Source: Squalus acanthias
Lineage: Eukaryota
Length of the DNA: 64,000 nucleotides
Direction: 5' to 3'
NCBI GenBank assembly: GCA_030390025.1
Contig: JASTWF010000034.1
Coordinates: 1,054,001-1,118,000 of the forward strand
Shown: one piece after another, positions 1-11,918 of the stretch
How positions within the stretch are numbered: the stretch's first letter is position 1
How the letters are laid out: every line of letters begins with the position of its first letter
Notes under the pieces: generated by a model
The model's database searches: none
What the model was told of the DNA's origin: nothing
The model's input: the letters and a program-made list of their open reading frames with translations, nothing else
Made by a program: the position numbers and the translations under genes

Positions 1-595
1 GAGTCTCACGGGTATAGTATACAGGGGGTGTCACAGGTATAGTATACAGGGTTGGTGTCAGAGGGGTATAGTATACAGGGGATGGGTGTTACAGGGGAAT
101 AGTGTACAGGAGTTGTCACGGGTATAGTATTAAGGGGAGGTTTCACGGGTATAATATACAGGGGTGTGTCACGGGTACAGTGTACAGGGGTTGTCACACG
201 TATAGTATACAGGGGAGTGTCACAGGGCTATAGTATACAGGGGATTGTAAAGGTTATAGTATACTGGCGGTGTCACAGGTATAGTATAGAGGTGGTGTCA
301 GAGGGGAATAGTATACGGGGGAGTGCCGCTGGGGTATAATATACGGGGGGTGTCATGGGTATAGTATACAGGGACTGTCACAGGGGTATAGTAAATGTAG
401 TGTCATGGGTATAATATACAGGGGACTGTCACGGGTATAGTATACAGGGGAGTGTCACAATGGTACAGTATACAGGGGAGTGTCACAGGGGTACAGTATA
501 CAGGGGGAGACAAAGGTATAGTTCATAGGGGGTGTCACGGTATAATTTATAGGGGGTATCACGGGTCTATTATACACAGTTATTATACAGGGTTG
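1..595. repeat. Degenerate minisatellite, ~25-28 bp unit (GGGTATAGTATACAGGGGGAGTGTCAC)
   Basis: About 20 tandem imperfect copies visible; runs off the left edge. Confidence 0.9.
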
Positions 596-604
596 TGGAA
601 GAGA

Positions 605-908
605 GTATCACAGTCTAAGGATAAGTGGTAAGCAAATTAGGACTGAGATGAGGAGCAATTTCTTCAGCCAGAGAGTGGTGAACCTGTGGAATTCTCTACC
701 ACAGAAGGCAGTTGAGGCCATTTCATTAAATATATTCAAGAAGGAGTTAGATATGTTTCTTAAGGCTAAAGGGATCAAGGGATATGGGGAGAAGGCAGGG
801 ACAGGGTACTGAATTTGGATGATCAGCCATGATCTCATTAAATGGCGGAGCAGGCTCGAGGGGCCGAATGGCCTACTCGTGCTCCTATCTTCTATGCTTC
901 TATGCTAT
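605..908 (+). mobile_element. 5'-truncated CR1/HER1-type LINE, 3' end
   Basis: Encodes the ORF2 C-terminus (HSLRI..RVVNLWNSLPQKAVEA), has the 3' UTR hairpin GGAGCAGG..TGCTCC and a (TTCTATGC) tail. Confidence 0.9.
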
Positions 909-1380
909 GCACAGGGGCATTACACAGGGCGTCGTATATGGCGGATATTTTACAGGGGTGATGGAGATAAACTTGGTGATTAGAGACAGCGGAGGGGATG
1001 AATTAACAGGGGGGGGGATAAAAACGGGCAGTTCAAGGGGATCGCGGATTTAGAAATACAGATGGGGGGATAAACGGCAGGGCGGGTGACAGCCCGGGGG
1101 CTTAAAAGCCACTGGTGGTGTGGGTTGCAATCACAGGTAGGTAAAATACGGGTTAGAAACAGAGTACAGCTGTCTTTAACTGGCCCCATCAAACGTTCCC
1201 AGGACAGCTAGAACAGGGATTGGATAAAGAGTGAAGCTCCCGCTACACTGTCCCATCAAATACTCCCAGGGCAGGTACAGCACGGGTTAGATACAGAGTA
1301 AAGCTTCCTCTACACTCTCCCATCAAACACTCCCAGGGCAGGTACAGCATGGGTTAGATACAAAGTAAAGCTCCCTCTAA

Positions 1381-2051
1381 ATACTTAAGAAAAGACATTC
1401 TTGCTCTCGAGTCAGTCCAAAGAAGGTTCACTCGGTTAATCCCGGGGATGAGGGGATGGACACATGAGGAGAGGTTGGGTAGATTGGGACTCTACTCATT
1501 GGAGTTCAGAAGAATGAGAGGCGATCTTATTGAGACATATACGATTGTGAAGGGGTTGGATCTGGCGGATGCGGGGAGGATGTTCCCGATGATGGGTGAA
1601 ACTAGAACTAGGGGGCATAGTCTTAGAATAAGGGGCTGTTCTTTCAAAACTGAGATGAGAAGGAACTACTTCACTCAGAGGTTGGTAGGTCCATGGAATA
1701 TGCCGCCCCAAAAAGCTGTAGAAGCTACATCATTACATAAATTTAAAACGGAAATAGACAGTTTCCTAGAAGTAAAGGGAATTAAGGGTTACGGGGAGCG
1801 GGCAGGAATTTGGACATGAGTCTAGGTTCGGATCGGTCATGGCCCTGTGGGTAGCGTAGCGGGCCCAGGGGCCGTGTAGCCTGATCCTGCTGCTATTTCG
1901 TGTGTCCAATTCTGTTAGGTTCAGGAGATGGTTCTGTGATAATAGATTTGCGGTTAGGATCAGATCAGCCATGATCTTATTGAATGGCGGAGCAGGCTCG
2001 AGGGGCCAATTGGCCTACTCCTGCTCCTATTTCTTATGTTCTTATGTTCTT
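1381..2051 (+). mobile_element. 5'-truncated CR1 LINE with a duplicated 3' UTR module
   Basis: ORF 1448-1819 is the ORF2 C-terminus (LEFRRMRGDLIETY); TTCTTATG tail; inserted into a 67-bp unit. Confidence 0.92.
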
Positions 2052-2184
2052 TACACTGTCCCATCAAACACTCCAAGGGCAGGTACATCACGGGTTGGAT
2101 ACAGATTAAAGCTCCCTCTACACTGTCCCATCAAACACTCCCAGGGCAGGTACAGGGCTTTGATTATTTAATGGCCATCAATAT

Positions 2185-2455
2185 AAGATAGTCAGTAATA
2201 AATCCAACAAATAATTCAGGAGAAACATCTTTACCCAGAGAGTGGTGATAATGTGGAACTCGCTGCCACATGGAGTAGTTGAGGCGAATAACATCAATGC
2301 ATTTTAGGGGAAGCTGGATAAGTACATGAGGGAGAAAGGAATAGAAGGATGTGCGATGAAGTAGGGTGGGAGGAGGCTCCTGTGGAACAGAACCACCGGC
2401 ATGGACCTGTTTGGCCGAATGGTCTGTTTCTGTGCTGTAAATACTATGTAATGTA
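2185..2455 (+). mobile_element. CR1 3' fragment (different subfamily)
   Basis: FTQRVVIMWNSLPHGVVEA-type coding remnant and 3' UTR GGCCGAATGGTCTGTTTCTGTGCTGTA. Confidence 0.8.
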
Positions 2456-2690
2456 ATAGATTAAAATTCCTTCTACACTGCTCCATGAAATACTCCAAGA
2501 GCAGGTACAGCATGGGTTAGATACAGGTACACTGCCTCATCAAACATTTCCACAGCAGGTGCAGCACTTGTTAGGTAAAGGGTAAATCTCCCTCTACACT
2601 GTGCCATAAAATTCTCCCAAGGCAAATACAGCAATAGTAAAGCTCCCGCTACCCAATCCCACCAAATACACCCAGGGCAGGTACAGCACA

Positions 2691-2858
2691 GACCTTCCCT
2701 TTTGTTCTTTCCTCCCATCCCCCCTTTCCCTGCCTCTATGCATGCTTAAAATCTGTTACATCTGTAACATTTCCAGTTCTGATGAAAGGTCATCGAGCTG
2801 AAACATTGACTCAGTTTCTCTCTCCACAGATGCTGCCTGACCTGCTGAGCAATGTTCC
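2691..2858 (+). mobile_element. Penelope-like element (PLE) terminal fragment with degenerate hammerhead (2775-2811)
   Basis: Homologous to 35670-35840; AGTT-CTGATGA-stemII-GAAAC-ATT-GACT. Confidence 0.75.
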
Positions 2859-4134
2859 CTGGAAGGTTCTTGGCCGCGCGGCGATCTGTAAGATCCTGCG
2901 CACTTAAATTCACAGGCCGCACAGTGAGCTGGAGCGGGCGGAGGAGCCCAATACCCAAACACCCGGGATGCAAAGTAAAGCTCCGTCTGGACTGTGCCAT
3001 CAAACATTCCCAGGGCAATAACAGCACGGGTTATATAAAGATTAAAGTTCTCTGCACTGTCCCAATCAAATGCTCCCAGGGCAAGTACAGCACTGATCCC
3101 AACTCATCGCCAGGGCTGGGGAGAGATAACCTCGCCGCCTTCTTAGCAAGTTTAACCATGTTATTCACTTTTTGATTTGAGCTCCGTTTGGAATTAGACT
3201 TTATTTTATTTTTTGTTGTTGTCTGTTTAACGACAGCATTGAAGGGGGAAATGGAATCTTGGAGAATATGATTTTGGAAGAAACAGAAGCAAAAATCAAT
3301 TTCCTCCTCATCTAAACAAGTTTCAACCAGGTCTTGAAGTCCAAACGTTTTTAATGAGGTTCTGAACTGCTTAAAATGTTTTAAAATTGAAATTACTCAA
3401 TTTTTGATTGTGAGCGATCAAGTGAAGCGATTAGCTTTACACAGACATGCAACCATGGTGCTGAGGAGGGGGGAGCAGGGGAGGATTTGTAGGAGTTGTA
3501 TATTACTTTTAAATTTATTTTAAAAAATATTTACCATTAAGACATATAGAAAAAACACTTTGTTTATTCAGAAAGACACAGAAAATACTTTGATTAAACT
3601 GATGACGTACAATTCGATTGAATGTTTGATACGGGAGATTAAAAATTGTGAGTACAATGAAGTTTATTTCCCGCCTTTAATTGTGAAGTACCTAAAATAA
3701 TTCAACATTTTTCTTCATAAGACCAGGAATAATATTGTGGAGAATGTTTGAGCGAAAAACACTGAGCGAAATTGGTAAATTATAAATCTTTACATCAACA
3801 TATGAGTAAAGATTTCCGAGTCAGTCTGACTGGTTCTCCTGTCCAGAAAGAAAGACAGCTGTTTATTTCTGTTAAATCACAGTTTTTCCTGCTTTTTGTT
3901 TATAATTCAGTGACACAAATTGTGTATGTGTTTTTCTACACTTGAGAATAAGTGCTGCATATCTGACCTGTTACATGGGTGGTGTGCTGGTTCAAGAAGA
4001 CCACGTTTATTCATGGATGTTATTGAAGTTGAAAATACGGATACCCGTTTTGTTCAGTGCTTTATAATACTGCGAATTAAAGAACTACAACATTTCATAT
4101 TTGTTGACTGGTTGCATTGTGATTAATCTAATAA

Positions 4135-4969
4135 CTTACGTGGACGTAATATGTGGATGGAATATAATGCTGAGAAATGTGAAGTTATCCACTTTGCTTT
4201 TCTATTTTTCCTACTAGAGTATGTTTTAAATGGTGAGAGATTGGGAAATGTTGGTATTCAGAGGGACCTGGGTGTCCTTGTACACGAATCACAGAACTTT
4301 AACCTGCAGGTGCAGCAAGCAATTAGGAAAGCAAATGGTATGTTGGCCGTCATTACAAGAGGATTTGAGTATAAAAGTAAATAAGTCTTATTGCAATTAT
4401 ATAGGGCCCTGGTGAGATATACACCTGGAGTACTGTGTACAGTGTTGGTCTCCTTAACTAAGGAAGGGTATACTTGTGCAAGGAAAGTTCACCAGACTGG
4501 TTCCTGGGATGGGGGGATTGTCCTATGAGGAGAGATTGAGTAGACGAAGCCTATATTCTCTAGTGTTTAAAAGAATGAGGTGTGATCTAATTGAAACATA
4601 CAAAATGCTTACTATGCTTGACTGGTTAGATGCAGGGAGGATGTTTCCCCTGGTCTGGGAGTCTAGAACCAGGGGTCACAGTCTCAGAATAAGGGGTCGG
4701 CCATTTAGGAATGAGATGAAAGAGAAATTTCTTCATTCAGAGGGTGGTGAATATTTGGAATTCTATAGCCCAGAGAGCTGTGGAGACTCAGTCATTGAGT
4801 ATATTCAAGACACAGATCGATAGATTGTTGAATATTGAAGGAATCAAGGGATATGGGGATACTGCAGGAAAGTGGAGATGAGTTAGAAGAACAGCCATGA
4901 TCATATTGAATGGCGGAGCAGGCTCGAAGGGCCAAAAGGCCTACTCCTGCTCCTATTTCTTATGTTCTT
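4135..4969 (+). mobile_element. Decayed CR1 ORF2 3' portion with 3' UTR
   Basis: ORFs 4151-4384 and 4476-4823 (KCEVIHF, RDLGVLV, RMRCDLIETYK); terminal hairpin and TTCTTATG tail. Confidence 0.92.
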
Positions 4970-5214
4970 AAAGCTCCCTCAATACTGTGCCATCAAATAA
5001 TTCCAGGCAGGCGCACAAAAGAAAAATACTGTGGATGCTGGAAATCTGAAGTAAAAACAGAAAATGCTGGAAATACTCAGCAGGTCAGGCACCATCTGTG
5101 GAGAGAGAAAAAGAGTCAACGTTTAGAAACATAGAAACATAGAAACAGGAGTAGACCATTCGGTCCTTCGAACCTGCACCGCCATTCAATGCGTTCATGG
5201 CTGAACATGCTACT

Positions 5215-8190
5215 TCAGTACGCCATTCCTGCTTTCTCGCCATACCCCTTGATCCCCCTAGTTGTGAGTGTTATATCTAACTCCCTTTTGAATATATTTA
5301 GCGAACTGGCCTCAACAACCTTCTGTGGAAGAGAATTCCATAGATTCACCACTCTCTGGGTGAAGAAGTTCCTCCTCAGCTCAGTCTTAAATGGCTTCCC
5401 CTTAATCCTTAGACTGTGACCCCTGGTTCTAGTTTTCCCTAACATTGGGAACATTCTGCCCGCATCTAATTTGTCTAAACCAGTCAGGATTTTAAATGTC
5501 TCTATAAGATCCCCCCTCATTCTTCTGAACTCCAGAGGATACAAGTTCAGTTGACCCAATCTTTCTTGATATGTCAGTCCGGCCATCCCAGGAATCAATC
5601 TAGTGAACCTTCGCTGCACTCCCTCAATAGCAAGAATGTCCTTCCTTATGTTCGGAGACCAAAACTGCGCACAATACTCCAGGTGTGGCCTCACCAAGGC
5701 CCTGTACAACTGCAGCATCACCTCCCTACTCCTGTACTCAAATCCCCTTACTATGAAGGCCATCATTCCGTTTGCTTTCTTGACTGCCTGCTGCACTTGC
5801 ATTCCCACCTTCAGTGACTGATGTACCATGACGCCCATGTCTCGTTGCACCTCCCCTTTCCCAAATCTGCCACCATTCAGGTAATAGTCCGCCTCTCTAT
5901 TTCTACCACCAAAGTGGATAACCTCACATTTATCCACATTGTACTTCATCTGCCATACATTTGCCCATTCACCCAACCTGTCCAAGTCACTCTGTAGCCT
6001 CCTAGCATCCTCCTCATTGTTCACACTGCCTCCCAATTTAGTGTCATCCGCAAATTTGGAGATATTACATTTAATCCCTTCGTCCAAATCATTAATATAT
6101 AATGTAAACAGCTGGGGTCCCAGCACCGAACCCTGCGGTACCCCGCTGGTCACTGCCTGCCATTCTGAAAAGTACCCATTTACTCCTACTCTTTGTTTCC
6201 TGTGTGCCAACCAGTTCTCAATGCACGTCAACACATTACCCCCAATCCCATGTGCTTTAACTTTGCACACCAATCTCTTGTGTGGGACCTTGTCGAAGGC
6301 ATTCTGAAAGTCCAAATACACCACAACTGCTGGTTCGCCCTTGTCCACCCTATTGGAAATATCCTCAAAAAATTCCAGATTTGTCAAGCATGATTTCCCT
6401 TTCACAAATCCATGCTGACTTGGACCTATCATGTCGCCACTTACCAAATGGTCTGTTATGACATCTTTAATAATTGCTTCCATCATTTTACCCACGACCG
6501 ATGTCAAGCTGACCGGTCTATAATTCCCTGCTTTCTCCCTCCCTCCTTTTTTAAAAAGAGGGGTTACATTGGCCACCCTCCACTCCGTCGGAACTGATCC
6601 AGAGTCTAAGGAATGTTGGAAAATGATCGTCAATGCATCCACTATTTCCAAGGCCACCTCCTTAAGTACTCTGGGATGCAGACCATCAGGCCCCGGGGAT
6701 TTTTCAGCCTTCAGTCCCATCAATTTCCCCAATACCTTTTCCGACTAATAAGGATTTCCCTCAGCTCCTCCCTCTTACCAGATCCTCTGACCCCTTTTAT
6801 TTCCGGCAGGTTGTGTGTGTCCTCCACAGTAAACACCGAACCAAAGTACTTGTTCAATTGATCGACATTTCCTTGTTCCCCATTACGACTTCCCCTGTTT
6901 CCGACTGCAGGGGACCTACGTTTGTTTTTACTAACCTCTTTCTTTTTACATACTTATAGAAGCTTTTGCAGTCCATTTTAATGTTCTCTGCAAGCTTCCT
7001 TTCATATTTTATTTTCCCTGCCCTAATCAAACCCTTCGTCCTCCTCTGCTGAGTTTTGAAGTTCTCCCAGTCCCCGGGTTTGCTGCTACTTCTGGCCAAT
7101 TTGTATGCAACTTCCTTGGTTTTAATACTATCCCTGATTTCCCTTGTTAGCCATGGTTGAGCCACCTTCCCTTTTTTATTTTTACGCCAGACCGGGATGT
7201 ACAATTGTTGTAGTTCATCCATGCGATCTCTAAATGTCTGCCATTGCACTTCCACTGATAGCCCCTTAAATATCGCTTGCCAATTTAACCTCGCCAATTC
7301 ACACCTGATACCCTCAAAGTTGCCCTTATTTAAGTTCTGGACCATGGTCTCTGAATTAACTGTTTCCTTCTCCATCCTAATGTAGAACTCCACCATACTA
7401 TGGTCACTCTTCCCCAGGGGGCCTCGTACCACAAGATTGCTGATTAGTCCTTCCTCATTACACAACACCCAGTCCAGGATGGCCTCCCCTCGAGTTGGTT
7501 CCTCAACATATTGGTTTAGGAAACAATCCCTTAAACACTCCAGGAAATCCTCCTCCACCGTATTGCTTCCAGTTTGAGTAGCCCAATCTATATGCATATT
7601 AAAGTCACCCATGATAACTACCGTGCCTTTTTTGCACGCACCTCTGATTTCCTGTTTCATACCCTCCCCCACCTCACTACTGCTGTTTGGAGGTCTGTAC
7701 ACAACTCCCACTAACGTTCTCTGCCCTTTGGTACTCTGCAGCACAACCCATATTGATTCCACATCCTCCAAGCTGATGTCCTTCCTAGCTATTGCATTAA
7801 TCTCCTCTTTAACCAGCAATGCTATCCCACCCCCTTTTCCTTTTTTTCTATCCTTTCTGAATGTTGAATACCCCTGGATGTTCAGTTCCCAGCCTTGATT
7901 GTTCTGGAGCCACGTCTCTGTAATCCCAATCACATCATATCCGTTAACATCTATTTGCACAGTCAATTCATCCACCTTATTACGGATACTCCTTGCATTA
8001 AGACACAGAGCCTTTAGGCTTCTTTTATTCACATCCTTTGTCCTTTTAGACTTATGATTTAGTATGGCCCTTTGTGTTTCTTGCCTTTGTTTACTTGGCC
8101 TTCCCCTATTGTTTCTCACCCTTCTAACATTTGTTTCTGACTGCATATTACTTCCCCCTGTTTCGCTACATAGGTTCCCATTCCCCTGCC
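5215..8190 (-). pseudogene. CR1 ORF2 (APE endonuclease + reverse transcriptase), frameshifted
   Basis: ORF 6854-8146 has CLNARS, ITETWL, YRPP, GDFN, SDH; ORF 5215-6732 has [25 protein letters not shown]; frame breaks near 6735-6860. Confidence 0.93.
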
Positions 8191-8193
8191 ATA

Positions 8194-9138
8194 TTAGTTT
8201 AAATCCTTCCGAACTGCTTTAGCAAATATTACCCCGAGGACATCGGTTCCAGTCCTGCCCAAGTGCAGACCGTCCCTTTTGTACAGGTCCCCCTTCCCCC
8301 AGAACTGGTTCCAATGCCTCAGGAATTTGAATCCCTCCCTCCTGCACCACTGCTCAAGCCACGTATTCAATCTCACTATCCTGTTCTCTCTATTCTGATT
8401 AGCACGTGGCCCTGGTAGCAATCCAGAGATTACTACTTTAGAGGTCCTACTTTTTAATTTAGCTCCTAGCTCCCTAAATTCTGCTTGTAGGACCTCTTCC
8501 CGCTTTTTACATATATCGTTGGTATCTACATGCACCACGACAGCTGGCTGTTCACCCTCCCTCTTCAGAATGTTCTGCAGCCGCTCCGAGACATCCTTGA
8601 CCCTTGCACCAGGGAGGCAACATACCATCCTGGAATCTCGGTTGCGGCCACAGAAACTCCTGTCTATTCCCCTTACAATTGAGTCCCCTATCACTATAGC
8701 CCTACCACTCTTTTTCCCGCCCTGCTGTGCAGCAGAGCCAGCCATGGTGCCATGAACCTGGCTGCTGGTACCTTCCCCTGGGAGGCCATCTCCCCCAACA
8801 GTATCCAAAGCGGCATACCTGTTTTGGAGGGAGATGACCACAGGGGACTCCTGCACTACCTTCCTGATATTGCCCTGCTTCTTGGTCACCCATTCACTGT
8901 CTGTCCTAGCCTTTACCTGCGGTGTGGACGACTCACTAAATGAGCGATTCACCGAGTTCTCGGCATCGTGCATGCTCCAGAGTGAGTCCACCCGCAGCTC
9001 CAGCACCGCCATGCGGGCTGTCAGGAGCTGCAGCTGGACACACTTCCCGCACACGTAGTTGTCAGGGACACTGGCAGTGTCCCTGGTTTCCCACATGGCA
9101 CAGGAGGAGCATGAAACGGGTCCGAGACTTCCTGTCAT
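8194..9138 (-). CDS. CR1 ORF1p: N-terminal CxxC..CxxC zinc finger/coiled coil plus SGNH-type esterase domain
   Basis: Open 314-aa ORF with CSSC..CGKC, GDSIVRG, VVHVDTND and DGLHL motifs. Confidence 0.88.
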   Translation of the reverse strand: MTGSLGPVSCSSCAMWETRDTASVPDNYVCGKCVQLQLLTARMAVLELRVDSLWSMHDAENSVNRSFSESSTPQVKARTDSEWVTKKQGNIRKVVQESPVVISLQNRYAALDTVGGDGLPGEGTSSQVHGTMAGSAAQQGGKKSGRAIVIGDSIVRGIDRSFCGRNRDSRMVCCLPGARVKDVSERLQNILKREGEQPAVVVHVDTNDICKKREEVLQAEFRELGAKLKSRTSKVVISGLLPGPRANQNRENRIVRLNTWLEQWCRREGFKFLRHWNQFWGKGDLYKRDGLHLGRTGTDVLGVIFAKAVRKDLN

Positions 9139-9329
9139 GACTTAACCCTTATGTTACTTTATTACTAAAATTTAAACTTATTTATCTTAGGTCCAGGAGT
9201 TAAGTCCCTGAAAACAAAATATAAAATCGAACCTACCTTTTAAATTCCCTCTACCCCTAAAGGTTTCAGGTCGTTGACCTTTCATTGGAACAGGCAGGTA
9301 CCCATGGATTAGATACAGAGTAATGGACA

Positions 9330-10841
9330 ACTCACCTCACTTTAACACTCTGATATACCCCACACCATTCACTTTAACACTCTGATATACCCCACACCAT
9401 TCACTTTAACACTCTGATATACCCCACAAACCTCACTGTAACACACAGATACTGAACACCCCTCACTGAAACACTGATATACCCCACATCAATCACTATA
9501 ATAATCTGATATACTCCACAACCCCTCACTGTAACACACTGATATAAACCACACCCCTCACTATAACACTGAGATAGCCCACACTCCTGACTGTAACACT
9601 CTCTTACATACCCCAAACATCTTACCGTCACGCACCGTTATACCCCACGCCCCTCATTGTAACACTTTGTGATATACTCCATACCCCTGACTGTAACACT
9701 CTGATATGCCGAACACCGGACATTGTATTACTCTGATGTACCCCACAACCGTAACTGTAGCACTCTGATGCAAACCCACTCCCCTGACTACAACACTCTG
9801 ATATACCCCACACATGCCTTCGTGCAACACACCGATATACCCCACACCCCTTATGCAAACACTCTGATATACGCCGCTCCCCTCAATTTAACACTCTTAT
9901 ATAATTCACACACATCATTAACAAACTGATATCCCCCATAATTTAATCTTCTCCTACATATTTCAAACCTCTTAGTGTAACAGACCGATATACCCCACTC
10001 ACCTCCCTTTAACACTCTGATATACCCCACACCATTCACTTAAGTTCTCTTAAATATCCCAAACATCTCACTGTAACAGACCGATATACCCCACTCACCT
10101 CCTTTTAACCCTTTGATATACCCCACACCATTCACTTAAATTCTCTTACATATCCCAAACATCTCACTGTAACAGACCGATATACCCCACTCTCCTCCTT
10201 TTAACCCTCTGATATACCCCACACCATTCACTTAAATTCTCTTAAATATCCCAAACATCTCACTGTAACAGACCGATATACCCCACTCACCTCATTTTAA
10301 CCCTCTGATATACACCACACCATTCACTTAAATTCTCTTACATATCCCAAACATCTCACTGTAACAGACCGATATACCCCACTCACCTCACTTTAACACT
10401 CTGATAAACCCCACACCCCTCACTGTAACACTTTGATATACCCAACCATCAATGTAACACGCTGATATACTGCACACACCTCGCTGTAACAATTTGATAT
10501 ACCCCACACAACTCGCTGTAATACTCTGATATACCACACACCCCTCACTGTATGTCTCTGATATACCCCACACCCCTCACTGTAACACTCTGATATACCC
10601 CACACCCCTCACTGTAATACTCTGATATACCCCACACCCCTCGCTGTAATTTACACGGCGCCTCTCACTGTAATACTGTAATACACCACACCCTTCACTG
10701 TAACACACTGATATACCCCACACGACTCACTTTAACTATCTGAATAACCCCACACCCCTCACTGTAACACTGACATATACCCCACATGTCTCACTGTATC
10801 TCTCTGATTTAACCCATACACCTCTTTGCAACACGCTGATA
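9330..10841. repeat. 32-bp minisatellite (ATATACCCCACACCCCTCACTGTAACACTCTG) with an internal 96-bp higher-order repeat
   Basis: Direct periodicity; CAGACCGA recurs at 9981, 10077, 10173, 10269 and 10365. Confidence 0.95.
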
Positions 10842-11918
10842 GGAAGGGATAATTACTAGTCCTAGCCCCTTTAGGGCTACCCCGCCGGATCAGGCATATT
10901 CCTCAGACGTTCACTTTCAACTAAACTTTGAGGTAGCCGAATCCTAAAGATGCTTAATTGGATCTAAAGGTCCGGACTATCTCTCCCTAAAGGAAAGGAA
11001 CAACCTGAAAATGTTACCGTCCTCCAGATAGCACTTTTAATAAGTTTAGCTAGACTGTAACGTTCCGGATATTATGAGGGTCCGGAAAACTCCCCAGAAT
11101 TCTGCAACTCCTCACCAAAGAGCGTACAGAGATTGAGTTTGCGAGTTTGATACAGAAGACTTATGTGAGAGAATTCTAAAAATATAAAGATTTATTAAAG
11201 AACCGACATGTAATTTACAGTTGGTGAGTCACTCGCAACATTAACAGTTCCAAAAAGAGAATGCTTACAATTCGATTATCAGTGAACCTTACTTTCAAAT
11301 CTTATCTTCGCTACAGTTTTACAGTTCTCAGTTTTCTGCCAGATATCCACCAAAATCAAATACCTTTGATAATCAAGGAGCAAAGACTTGGAGACATACA
11401 GAGCCGCCTCCGAAGCCAAGAATCACCTTGCCCCTTTAAAGCGAGTCTACTATCCCATTTGAGAGTCCAATATTTATACCCTTTTCCAGTGGTAATTCCT
11501 TTAAGGTTTTCTGCTGATGTAAGCTAATTATCTCAGGTTATTTTTCTGCTGACCCCTGCAATTCTTACAGTCACCACAGCTGGTAGCAATGCAGAATCAT
11601 GTCTCTTCTCTAGGTTTTCTAAATTTTCCATAAAAAACGGTGTAACGGCAGGTGCATTTTACTTGATGTCATTTTTACGAAGGCAGATGCTTGTGCTTCT
11701 TTACGAAGTGTAAATTAGAACACCTTAACCAGGGTGAAGCATTGTCTTGTTCCGAAATGTCAGCCTACCGGAGCCTTTAACCTTCTGTTTCAATAAGGTT
11801 ATTGACTCAGTGTCAACAACTATCTTATCAATACAGCCAGAATGCTTTCACAGCTTTTTCATAGTTAGGTTTCTAGATTTCCAGACCCAGTTTGTTATGT
11901 TTTAATAAGGCAAGAATT
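10842..11918 (-). mobile_element. Unclassified insertion, possibly a solo LTR
   Basis: Non-repetitive block inside the satellite; minus-strand TATAAATA (~11471-11478) lies upstream of AATAAA (~11189-11194); no clean TSD found. Confidence 0.35.

Larger units (their letters stand above)
1170..3092. repeat. 67-bp tandem repeat (CCATCAAACACTCCCAGGGCAGGTACAGCACGGGTTAGATACAGAGTAAAGCTCCCTCTACACTGTC), interrupted by TEs
   Basis: Period 67 (CCATC at 1186/1253/1320 and 2061/2128). Blocks at ~1170-1379, 2052-2155, 2455-2690 and 2970-3092; a split unit at 4970-5011 and 9291-9323. Confidence 0.85.
5125..9262 (-). mobile_element. Near full-length CR1/HER1 LINE
   Basis: ORF1, endonuclease and RT in order; (TTTCTATG)n tail at 5125-5146; candidate 4-bp TSD GTTT (5121-5124, 9263-9266). 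Confidence 0.97.
5012..9290 (-). mobile_element. PLE terminal fragment split in two (5012-5124 and 9263-9290) by a CR1 insertion
   Basis: Joining ...AAGAGTCAACGTTT to CAGGTCGTTGACCTTTCA reproduces the sequence seen at 24190-24222 and 35200-35240. Confidence 0.75.

Noticed and set aside
3260..3620. C/D-box snoRNA-like motifs (TGATGA, CTGA)
   Set aside because: No properly spaced C/D pair with a terminal stem
5189..8755. Recurrent antisense ORFs over CR1 copies
   Set aside because: Shadow frames of the LINE; they recur only because the element is repeated
5215..9138. Esterase + endonuclease + RT as a novel RT system or active element
   Set aside because: Standard CR1 architecture; every ORF2 in the window is disrupted
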